A DNA stretch of 64,000 nt from Kondoa subrosea (Eukaryota): positions 1,625,118 through 1,689,117 of the forward strand of contig BCIN01000002.1 in assembly GCA_039545335.1 (NCBI GenBank). The letters run 5' to 3'. A program made the position numbers and the translations under genes. Below are positions 39,100 through 50,936 of the stretch, in pieces (position 1 is the first letter of the stretch; the number at the start of each line of letters is the position of its first letter). The notes below the pieces were generated by a model. It was not told the DNA's origin and ran no database searches. It saw only the letters and a program-made list of their open reading frames with translations.

Positions 39100-42000
39100 C
39101 AGACTGCTCAACTTCTAGTTAGACCTAATTTGCCGAATGATGTGCAGTTGACTTACATGGCTTGCCACCATACTGCGATCCGTATTGTGACTGCTGTGAG
39201 TAAGAATCGTAACCGTTATTGTTCATTCCCATATAGTTTTGTGCCATGCCATGCGACATCATGTTGTGATCATTTTGTGGCATTCCTCCGTACCCGCGCT
39301 GACTAGATGGACCAGTAGGAGGATTGAAAGGATGCTGCGTGCCAACATTAGGAAGGACATCGATATCGACCGAAAGTAAGCTCACCTGCTGTCGCATAGC
39401 GCCGTTGTTTCCATAACGGTCGAATGACGAGGAGGTCGGAGAAGGAGAGGGCATAGCATTCCCGTAGTTGCCGCCGTAGCCGCGATCACCACCGCCGTAC
39501 TGATTTCTCTGACCATAGCCCTGATCTTGCTGGAAGTGATCAGTTGGTGAGAAACGGTCCATTCCCGAATGACGATCTGCTCCAGGATGGAACCTATCTT
39601 GACGATCACCTTGATAGCGATCTTGTCCATCGAATAAGGCTTTGATGTTTTGCGAATTGCCTTGATTTCGATTGAAAGATGGTTCATCTTCGCCAGGCAT
39701 TCCACCTTGGGTTGCAGTAGAGCCAGATTGTATACCAGCTTCCTGTTGGGCAGCAGCAGCGGCAGCGGCGGCAGCAGCTCTAGCAGCAATACCAGAGCTA
39801 CCAAACAAAGCAGAGTTGAAATGTTGGAAAGGATCGGAAAGAGCTTCGCCTTTGGGACGGGTAGTTCCGGGGTATAGCGTGATCTGTTCGTGATATTGAA
39901 CTGATATTCGCAAATAGTCATGAAATTGCTCACATTGTTAGAAGTCAAGAAGTCTTCTATTTGATCGCGCGCAGCACCGAGGAAGTCCATGTTACTGCGA
40001 TTGAGGCAGAAGCGCAATACAGTCTCTTCACCTGCTCCACTTCGGTCAACCCAAGGTAGAATCGTAATGTTCAGATCGTGCTAAAGCCGAACATCAGCGG
40101 AAATCACAAGTAACAATTCAAACACACCTTGATCCTTTCCGTCAAGGTAGTCCATTCAGTTCCGAGCACAAGCTGAGACATCTCTTGACTGTGGGGCAAT
40201 CGCATTTCCGCTTCAAAAGGAATATGGACAAGCAACATTTGAACAGCGATATGAATTTGACTTTCTGGACCAAAGATGTGGACAACATCACTAGCTGACT
40301 CCTTATTTGGGAATCTGAAGATGGAGTTGGTCTTTGCTTCGATATCATGAATGAATATGCTCTTCTCGCCGAGCAGAGTTCTGTGATAGCGACGTGGAAT
40401 TGTAACCGATTCGACTACAAAGTCCTTGTCGCGTGGATTGACTAGCTCCATAACGGATTGTTTGAGATACTCGAGATTGTATGCGTTCTTGGCTGGAGTG
40501 CGAGCCACGACATTGTCATCGTTATCGAGATATCCACCTAAAGCAGCAAACTCTTCAGCGTTGGAGAATTTAACATATACACCATACTGCCGAGCGATCA
40601 GCATTTTGTTGCATCGGCAATTTCTATAATTCACTCACTTTCTTCATGATGCGCTGAATGTTTTTGCCTCCGACGCCGATGATGCGCTTGTGGTAAGCTT
40701 CAGGAACATGGAATGATACTTCAGCAGGTAATTCTTCTTGAAGCATACTTAGGCCTTGCAAAGCGCCAATGTCGCTTCCAGCGATGTCAATCAAGAAATT
40801 GTAGTCGTTGAAAGTTTCAAACTTGATCTTAACATTAGCAGTCTTCATTACTTTGTTCAACTTGCCGTTTTTCTTTCCGCTGATGAATTCGCGGTGCTCA
40901 TTTGCCAATTCAATCTGGAAGCGAATTTCATGATGGAAAGCCTGCATATCCTTTTAGACCAAGTACGCATTACACGAACTCGGGAGCTGACCTTGACCAA
41001 ATCTAATTCGAGGACAAGCTGAACAGCTGTTCGCACCTCGGACTCAAGACCATGAAGTTCAAAGCAGCTCGACTTGAACACTGCTTCGGCTCCAGAAGTG
41101 ATTGAGATATGTTCGAGAATAGCAGGAACTTGAGCAGGGTTGATGGTTGGAGGAGGCATAAACACATCGAAAGAAGCAGGCAGAAGCCAGAAGGAAGCAA
41201 CATAGAATTGACAGGCCTGGTTATCGATTAGCTATTATCAATACAAATTCGGAGGAAGCATACCATTTGCATAATCGAGCGAATAGTCCTCTCGATATTG
41301 ACACGATGATCACCGTAGACAGAAATTAGACTGGCTTGACTACCGACAACGGGGAAATTGATAAAAGTTCCGTTGTCATTCATGCTCTGCTTGACTTCTT
41401 CGAGACGCTCAGTCAAGATCCAGTCCAGCTTTCTTGGCAAGATAGCTGCATCACGAGAAATGATGCATTTGCTCTGTGTGATGGATTAACGCAATAGACA
41501 TGTACTCAATGGAAGAGCTGACCTTATGCATCGAGACTTGGAATAACATATCTCTAGCTCGCTGAACTCCAAAGAATTCACCGGTGATAAAGATCAAATT
41601 CTGTTTGGCAAGCAGGCCAGGTACTTTTGCACCCAACACGCCCGAAAGAGGTGAGGGAAAGTAAATGTTGGTACCAGTCTCTTCTTGGATAGTCTGAATG
41701 ACACATCGCTTGCGGCCAGCGATAATATTGTGCAGCTTATAATCTATTTCGCAAACTTCAGAGTGTAGACCGCTCTGTCGGCAAGTAAGATGGAGTTATC
41801 CGCAAGCCAGTGAACACGCACTAATTCGTCCAAAAGAACCAACAAGCGGACGCGTGCTTGTTCAACCGATTCATAACTGCCAGTGATGACAATCTCGACG
41901 TTGCGCTCCGTCTCCAAGCCAAATCCAATCTGGCCAGCCATTTGACCGACAATAGCCAAATGAGCTTTAGTCAATGAAGCGATTTCATCTAATTTGCGTC

Positions 42001-42994
42001 GCATTTCAGCTTTTACGTTTTCCTTTGCATCCAAAACTTCTGAACGAGGAACTTTGACTACAGACTTGCGCTGTAAGAGTTGGCCGTGTCAGACTTCAAC
42101 CACGATATCTCGAAAAACATCACTTTACCTTGAAAGGCGAGTCGCGCAAAATAGCTCCCCGAGCACCCATAACTTGCTGATACCCACCAGACAGATGGAA
42201 ATGGAAGCCTTTGCCTTCAGGCATGCCGACCAGAACATTGGAAGCTCCAGCATTAGCAGTAGCAGCTTCATCAGAGTAAGCCTTTTGCGCATCATTGGGC
42301 TGAGGCATAGAAGGATCAGCTCGGTTGGGGAAATCGACTTTGCTGTGTTGGACCATGCACTGATGTTGAGACATGACTTCACTAGTGAGCTTTGTCATGC
42401 CTTCGGACAATTCCTGAACCGTTCGGGCAGTAACAGCTGCAGCAGCAGTAGAAGAAGCGGTTGACGTAGTGGTTGTACGAGTAGTGCCTTCAGTGTTGTT
42501 GGTCAATCTTTCCACAGAAGATTCGGTATTGGCAGTAATAGCGGAAGAAATCGATTTTCTGCTTCCAGCACCTCCAGCATCTCGTTCACCACGGACAGCA
42601 GCTTTGCTTGGATCCTCTAGATTGCTGTTGCTCTCATCTGGTTTGGGTGATTCAGTGGAGGGGAAAGGGACACCGCCAGCCTGAGTTTGCTCGGGAGGAG
42701 AGTTGCGAGCATTGTTGGTATCACCAGCTGCAGCAGAAGGAAAAGTGCTGTTGGTAGGCGATTCGATGACCGAAGTAGGGCGAGAATTGCTGCTATTCTC
42801 TTCAAAGCCTGCGTTGAATGCTTGACCGCCCTGCTGTGACGACGTTTGCCTCGGTATATCAACAGCTTGACTGTGTGTCACAGAGTGCTGCGGGATACAG
42901 AACGAAGCTACAAAGGAGAAGCAGGAGAGCACAACAGTTGGCAAAGAGACCAAGACAAAAAATGTGAACGCAGCTGACTTGTGTATATATCCAT
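39100..42994 (-). CDS. Multi-KH-domain RNA-binding protein with low-complexity G/Q/N/Y tail
   Basis: KH loops HNIIAGRKR, FISGKKNGK, HKRIIGVGGKNI and HRTLLGEK; both termini approximate. Confidence 0.8.
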
Positions 42995-43586
42995 GATCAA
43001 GGAATTTTGCGGTATTGGGTGTCCAGCGACTGGTAAAGCGCGAGAGGATGGTTGTTATCAAAAGTTCCCTTCTTATAAGACAGCCTGAGGGTATCGGAAA
43101 AGTCTGGTTTCCATGAATTCTAGGAATGAACAACTGGATTCGTGGAGTAGAGCTTCGGCTACTCACGAGCAAGTAGCACCGAGTATCACTGATGTCCCTG
43201 TCGACCGGTATATGGTAAAGAAAATGAACAGTTTGGGAGCAAGATAATCCAAAAGTCGAGGTCGGAGGTGGTCTGCGATGCAACGGGTAGTCCGCGAATC
43301 AGGTACTACTATTCAATGACACGCTATCTATGCGAGCCATTTGGTCATTGTAGTAGATTATACATCGAGCACAGCTTTCGCTAGATTGTAACCTGTTCGA
43401 TCAACTCTTCGGGTTGAAGGATGTATTAATACACACAGAGTGTGAAGCCATTGTCTGTGACTTCGGATCATCAGCCAAAGAAGAGTAGGGAGTTGACTAA
43501 ACTGACTTGTGACACGCGCCCTACTTAAATGAATCATTCGAAGCTGACTTCTCGTGATCTTCGCCCATGCGGCTGAATGGTGTCTT

Positions 43587-45022
43587 TCATAATCCAAAGC
43601 AAGCTGTGGTGTTTGCATACGCAGCATCAGCTACTTCTTCCAACGTGATGCCTTTCAAAGCCGAAACAGCCCAAGCGATTTGTCCAATCGTGCACCTGGA
43701 TTGAATGATCAGATGTCTGTTTAATCCTGATGAGGGCCGGAGCTCACGGCTCATTACGAGACTATCACATTCTTGAGCTGTAATACAACGTCCTGTCGGG
43801 CAGAGCTTACTTTCACCATAGCATCTGTCCGGTGTTTTTCCGCTTTCACGGCTTGTGGTGCATAGACTGCTTTTAGATGTGCAAATTTGGACAGATTGAG
43901 CAGTGGGTTCAATAACTTGTGACTGGCATGCGAAGGCCGAATCTAACAGAGCACTTAGGCCAGAGATATTACAGTCAGGTATTTTCTCACTTCGCACCAA
44001 GGCTGTTTTTCTCTCCTGTTAGTCTGGCATAGTATGGACGAGAGTGAAGAGCTCACGCAATCCGTCTCTAGCATAAGCTTATCTAGCGGTATTTCCTTAA
44101 CAGCTTGACAATTCTCTTCCGTTTTGAGTGAACAGCCGTTTACCTGATTCAGCTCAATCAGCCTGGGCAGATGGGAATCATCAAGTCCTTACTCCTATGT
44201 AGAAGCCAAGCTCAATGTACTCGAGCGCTTCTTCTAAAGTACCAGTATGGGAATGAACAACTCCACGCAATTTGCTCTGATGCTGTTTGATAATGGATAC
44301 CATATCTTTGTGAGCTTCCGATGTGCGCGAGTGCAAGAAGAGTGGGAGATCATGTTTTGTTGCCAATTCTAGATGAGGAGGAAATGCTTCTAATTGATCA
44401 GTTTTGTCCGACAGGAAGAGCCTATCGTCTAGGTATCTCTTGAGCGAGCTCTTAACGTTGCGAGTATCACTTACAGTCCAAACCACACTCGCCAACCGCA
44501 ACAATAGGTTCTCCCTTATGTTTCGCTAGCAGGTCATCCAGATCCTTGAAGAAAGCTGAGGAACCTCCAGGATGTGACTTGGCTTCTTTCGCTCGACCTG
44601 CGTCACTTAGTGCACCTTCACGAAACTGTAGCGGAACATACAAGGATGTAAACCAGCTGTTGTCTTTAGTTCTGTTTGCTTCTTAAGCTCGAGATGTAGA
44701 TCTGACGAGTCGGCTCACTGTGTTGATGAGCTAAATCTATGATCTCCAGTGACCCAGCCATGTTGTCACCAGTCAGGATCTGTTGAACTACATTGGCATC
44801 TTTTGCTCGCTGCAGCACGCTGCCAAGGTCGTCTGGATGAATTTGTTTGCTCCTAGGCTTTCCACGAAAGGCTTCACACTTCTCAGTGTCTGTGTCGCGC
44901 TTGACTTGAGAGCTACTGACTCGGATCTCCAAGATTTGACCCAATGCTGTCGCACAATTGAATCAGGGTATGCGAAAGTGATAGCGAGCGCCTTACTCTA
45001 TGAATCTAGGCAGCGAACTCAT
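43587..45022 (-). CDS. TATD: TatD-family DNase
   Basis: FIDIGSNLGDP, TAGLHP, VGECGLDYDR, LPLFLHSR, GVVHS.TG, LMLETDCPW and RNEPC. Confidence 0.92.
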
Positions 45023-46215
45023 ACTGCGTCTTGCTATAGCAGCCAGATTGAGTATCGACGTGCGAGCAGAACAGAGGGCTAATTTAGCTGACGAGAAGTT
45101 GAAACGCGCGATCAAATCGCTGGTTGAGCATTAACAATACTTGGCTTTGACAGCTCCTGTGCTTCGGCAGAATGTCACATAGGTGCTGCAAGGCCTCAGT
45201 TGAGCGATGCCTTGAGTGTGCACCTGATGCAGCCAAAACAGAGCGTCAAAAGCAGCAAAAAGAGCAAAAACGTAAAAAACGTTCAGTCTAGCCTTAACGG
45301 CGTTCAAAGATTCCCAAAAGTCCTAAGACGAATGGAGATATAGGATTTAATTTGCAATAAGCAATTCGAAGCGACTCGGCATAACCTCACTGTTAAAGAA
45401 GCGTAGGCATGAGCGACCAAATGTTGCTGCTAGGCAGGTCTTAGCTTACCTGTCTACTTCAAAACCCGAGCACAAAGATAAAAGTTTCGCTCTTTTTCGT
45501 TGACCTGTATATATGCTTCTAATGAAATTTGTAAAGCGTTTCCATCATGAATTTACGAAACTTGCCTGTTTGCCTTGACGCTCGATAACAGTGTTTCGAC
45601 TTGCTACACAATCCGACCTGACAGGTGATCTGATTGGGAATAGCTGTACGGAGAAGATTGAGTCATGCAAAGATGGGAAAGCGAGGACGTTCACCTCTCA
45701 TCGATTTAGGCATGCTCATCGAATTAGAGCTCCAAATGCGATTTGCAGAAGGTCACGAGTATTCCCTCGAACAGAAGTATAAGTAAGACTTCGAGTCTTT
45801 GTATGGAATGCATACTAGAAGAGAAAGTAATGCTGACAGGCAATTCCGTAATTGAGTGAGACGATGTACAATAATGGACGGAAAAGATAAAGCGGCAAGA
45901 ACACAGCAGTCAGTCAATGACTACATGTGCTGTGACACGGATCATCGCAATGCGTCTGCGGAGATGACGGGTACCCCCCAGCAAGAACACGGAAGCAGGG
46001 AAAAAAGCAAGAGACTGAAGCGTGTGGCTTTATACTGGGCGAATGACTTATACTGGTCGAAGAGCACGAGAAGGGAGAGAAGAGCACGGAAACTTAGAGC
46101 GATGCTTCATCGGCAGACATTGAAATACTTGCATCGCAAATGTGCTGTGTAGTCATATACGCCAGTTGATTATCGGCAGCTTGACTTTCTGGTCTGTGCT
46201 TGTTGAGGTTGCTCT

Positions 46216-47579
46216 TCAGCTTTTACCCAATGTTTCTACCTCTGTCAGCAAAATGAGCGCAATCCCAACATTGGAAAGACGATCTCACCGTCAAGCCAGT
46301 CTTCCATGATGATTTGTTCTTTGCGCAAAGTGATACCATTCCTTACGCAAGCAGCCTCAAGAGCAGCCTCGGGTGCATTTACAACCGGCACTCGATGAAT
46401 TTGTCGAAATCCAGTACGATCACCAATTCCAGTTGCGACAAGAGCTGAGTTTTGGATCATCTCCAATGAGCTGAGGTGTCCATTAGTAAGAGCATCAGCG
46501 ATGTGTGTAATGATACTGGGATGGCAGCGAAGACGCTTCAGAACTGGAAGAGATTGCCATGGCCAATTTTGCTCGTAATTCGAATATCCCGAATATCCGG
46601 TGGATTCGCAATAGAAGCTGAGCAGGGTGTTTCTAGTGATTCACATCAGCGACAAGTTGTGGGTAAAATAGAAATATCACTGACGGCAGGAGCTGCTGGT
46701 TTGAAGCAGCCTGCAGAACCCTAACACCCAGGCCCAAATGCTGCAACGCTGGAAAGCTAGACCAATCACATTGAAACTCGATGCCTTGATAACGCCAGCC
46801 CTTGGCTCGGAATCCAAAGCAAGTCAAAGCAGGAGTAAGGTATTGCAGCAGCCAGCCCAAATCAGAAGATAACAGGCAATAGTGTGCGTCCAGATACAAT
46901 TTGCGCAACGGTTGCAACTGGCTCTTCTCATAATCGCTCAAGGTATTCTCCGGATTGCTAGCGTCCCCTGATGATGGCAATCGCAAATGCAAAGTGTCCA
47001 GCTTGAGCGTTCTGAGGTAGAAGAAAGACGAGCGGAAATTGGCAGTAGTGCAGCTGAAGCCTTTCGTCCATACCCTTGACGTGCTCGCCGCTGGCTTGCA
47101 TACACCCAATGACTTCACCGAGCGCAACCTCCCCTCCGCATTTCCAAATACAACACCCGCAGACTCGTCATATCGAGCACTACTTCAAGAATCGAAGTAC
47201 GTGCCAACTTCATGAAAGAACCACTAGAATAGCTGGTCAAGCTGAACTGACGGACCAAGGTCGAAACACCATCAACAGCTGCAGACTGGAGAGCTTCGAC
47301 AATGTTGCCGCGCAAAGACTGCTGATACTGAAAGAGAGGGCATGAAAGCAGTAGGGCGCGCGCTGCGGGAACTGTTGATTTACAGATGAGGCAAAGGTCG
47401 GCGATTTCTGCTTGATACTTCTTGCAGTGCTCGGTATCGCGCATTTTAGGTTTTGGAATAGCTGCAAAGATGGCCATATGGACTTCCCTAGGCAGAGAAA
47501 GGAAATTGACAGCATGACTTTGCCCTTGATCCTCGTCTCGATTCACCGCTTTGGCTCGACGTGGCCTGAGTGTGCGCAT
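46216..47579 (-). CDS. F-box-like / LRR-like hypothetical protein
   Basis: N-terminal FLSLPREVHMAIF...LCLICK F-box-like motif followed by LxxLxL repeats; three putative introns. Confidence 0.55.
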
Positions 47580-47758
47580 GTTGCTGTCTTGCACTCCTGT
47601 CTCGCGTATTTGCAGAGCAACCTTGACAACGGTGTAATTTCGGGACAAGCTTGATTGAGCGAAACTGCGGTTAATTGGTTGGTTTGGAGTGGCCGACGTG
47701 CAAGCGGACTCGTTCTCGACTGTCCCATCAAGAGAACCACAGCGTCTACAGAGACTGG

Positions 47759-49173
47759 ATGCCTAGGCTGTTCCCCGAAATCTGGGAGCTGGTGTTCGAC
47801 GAATTAATCGCTCTGGACGAAGACTATGCGCAAAGTCATTTGCTGCCTCTATGTCAAGTCAGCAGTGTGTTCAATAATGTTGGTTAGCTGCCAAGCTTGA
47901 TCTGATGCGAAGTCCAGAGGAATTCTGCGGTCTCGCACAGCCTAGACTGTTTCAAGATATCTCACATACACAACTCACACATCCTCAGCTGGCTCTGACG
48001 CTGTTCAAGAAGCCAGAATTTGCTTCCCATGTACGAAGAGTCATTTGGTCGATATTGGCGTTCTCAGACGAATGTCTCTTCTCTCGTCTTTCCTTCTTTT
48101 CGCACAACGCGCCTGCGCTGGCAATCCTACGATTGTGTCACAACATCACCACACTGGGACTAGGTCGTAGCTTCGTTCATCGGCGGACCATCAAGTCTGA
48201 TGTGGAGGAGAAAGACGCAGCTACAGCATCTGAGCTTATGGAAACTGCATCTCTGCCGTTTCTTCCTGGTCTTCGTTCGCTTCAGATTAGCCTGTCTTCC
48301 TCTACTTTAGGCCGAAGATGTGTCAAACAGAATCATAATATCCTAATCTGGTTCTTGCAAAACACTCGCATCGAGGCTCTTTCTACCGGGTCACCAATCC
48401 GAAGCAGTGATCTTGACGGTCAACCCCTCCTTTCTTATAGTCAACCTTTATCCAGTCTGAAAACTCTGGAAATTCTTTACGGAAGCAACCCAATTCTAGT
48501 ATGGCAGCAAATGCTTCCCTACGTATCGCGACTTGTCATCAAAGGCTCCGCTTCCTCAAGAGTAATCTTCCGTACAAGCGCTCCATCTATGCTCAATCAG
48601 TCAAATCTTGTTCGAACGCTCGAAATTTACCGCTATACTCTTTCGAAGCCACCAACGAGAAGCTTCGATAGTATCTTTCCTGGATGTCGAGACTGGCGAC
48701 TAGAACTAGATGCTAGCTTTGCGGATCACAGTCACTTCGTGATGTGGAAGTTGCAAGATCATATTCAAGCTCTTTTCCCAACGAGCACATATGCGCCCAG
48801 CTTATCTTCGGTACGAATTACGCTCAATGATCCTTACCATCTTCTTTTGCAACACGCCGTATCTCTCCAGAAAGATCCATCTTCCTACTTCCAGTGCCTC
48901 TGCAATGATGAAATACTACCTGGTCTCAAAACCTTGACAATCCTGCATAAGCTCGAATCGGCTGAAAACACCGTTGAGGTTCTACAATTGGACAAGAAGG
49001 ATCCAGCTGAACACGTTCTTGATCGGTTTCTTCGTGAAGATCTAGCATACCTGGCTAATCACGCCACCAATGAACTGCAAATCAGTTTTATATACACTTG
49101 GGCCGATAGGAGGGAGTGGAGGTATGAAGTAAGAGGTACCAATACCGTTAGGAGAGAAATCTACTATGTATGA
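47759..49173 (+). CDS. F-box-like / LRR-like hypothetical protein
   Basis: MPRLFPEIWELVFDEL...LLPLCQVSSVFN...QPRLF F-box-like motif and LxxLxI repeats. Confidence 0.6.
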
Positions 49174-49235
49174 TGTGCGGAGACAAGCTCGCTTGCCGAG
49201 TGTTTCGAGCTAATGCTTTGACTTCAGGATTCTAC

Positions 49236-50730
49236 TCAAAAGAGAACCAGTGCAGGCATGATGGCAGATTTCTGGCCGCCTTCGCAAGCCTGCCTCAGTA
49301 ATTCCAGTCCTTCCGCAGGCTAAAACATCAGATCAGTATACTCAAATAGATCCTTCTAAGTACAACGATGATCTCTCAGCACGTATCTTCTCTGCTCGAA
49401 ATAATCAGACGTATGCTATATGCCTATCATACAAAGTCTGGGCTTGGTCCTTCTCTATCACTTGTGCATCTGTTCAAGGGACGATACCCCTTTGTAAAAG
49501 CGCTTTGATCAATTTCTGGTGCAACCCGAGCAGTATCTTCTACTTCTAGCGTTTTCATAGCATTGGTCAGAAGATGTAGATTAGCAGGAGCAGAGGTATG
49601 CCTGGCAAATCTTGCTCCTTGCAAGGGCGATTCCGGAGGTTGAGGCATACCACTGCGCACGAAGGCACTAGTAGACATTGTTGAGTCTTCTGGCGTTTCT
49701 AACACAGTGAGGTAAGATTGATGGCGAGCTGTGTATGGCGACTGGCAAAGCTGACTGAGGAGATTGTCGGGAGACGGTAAAGAAGGCCTCTCTAAGGCTT
49801 GATTTCGCCATACGCCGAGTACGAGCTCTTCTAGATATTGAGAATCTGCGAAAGTTTAACATGATTTAAAGTGTGTAGAAAAAGAACAGAACTCACTGAA
49901 ATCAATGTTTCGCTCTTCAACCTCGCCCATACCAGAGTCCGTGACCAGAGACAACCCGACAAGGCCACTTGCGTCCCCAATAAAATCAGATGAAGCATAA
50001 TGGGCTTTCAATTCTCCTCCGAATAGCTTCTGTTCGACCCAATCTCCTGAATGTCCTTTCAGTAGCCCATCCTGTTGATCATCTTTCTCTCGCTTATCTG
50101 CCCAACCTCTCATCTGTCTAGGGGTCATGTCCTTAGCCAATTTGAACCGGACGTCGTGCGCAATTTCATGCACATAGCACACAGTCAATAGTGCCAAAAG
50201 AGCCTTGATCTGTCCGTCCGAGAGGCTTTCTGTGTCTTGTAGCATAGCATAAAATTCTCTGGCCAGGTATAAGCGAGATGCCCGTGTTCGGCCTGTAGGA
50301 AAAGGTGGTTGTTGCCACACTTCGGAAGGTCTTTCCAGAAAGCCCCACTTCAGCTGATTGTTCGCTTCTTCAGATACAGTCCTTCCAAGCGTAAAGAAGA
50401 TCCATGGGTGCGTGGAAGACCGAAGATACTGAAAGGACAACCTAAGTCTGGACAATACTGGCTGAAAAGTGTGCTCACCTGAGAGACGAGCTGCTTGGCA
50501 ACTGCCAAATCTTTCGCCGGGCCTATAATCTGCCCAGTAGCTACCCTTGCCAAGATGTCTAATGGTCTATCGCTGAGCAAGTGTCGTCTCAGTTCCTCCA
50601 GCTTTTGCGCGATCTCTTCTCTTGGTCCTACGCTGATAGGTCCTAAAGTACCTCCGGGCCTCCAAATTAGCAGAGGATTGAGAGGATCTGCTGTCCCTGC
50701 CACTCTGGGTGTAATTTGAGTATGATCCAT
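49236..50730 (-). CDS. Hypothetical protein with HEXXH zincin-like motif
   Basis: VHEIAH followed by TP...GHSG..VE..LFGG; exons joined by GT-AG introns. Confidence 0.5.
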
Positions 50731-50936
50731 AGGCAACGAAATGTGTAACTTCAGAAGGTAAGAGGCAAGGTCGTGTTAGGAATGAGACTGTTCAAGTGTT
50801 GCTGTACTGTCAGAGTATAGCCCACGATAAAGTAGGTTAAGAGACTTCGTTGTGTCCAAACCAGCAGCTGTCTTATTACTTTGCTCTACAACGGCCGACG
50901 AGCTATACGTGACACTTATGCGAGCAGCAAGAGACT

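Noticed and set aside
42995..43283. Non-AUG N-terminal extension of the KH protein
   Set aside because: The open frame runs through a likely intron and UTR; an ATG at 42994 with a canonical intron explains the gene.
45023..46215. Transposon remnant or RNA gene in the long intergenic stretch
   Set aside because: No terminal repeats, transposase similarity or tRNA/snRNA motifs were recognised by eye.
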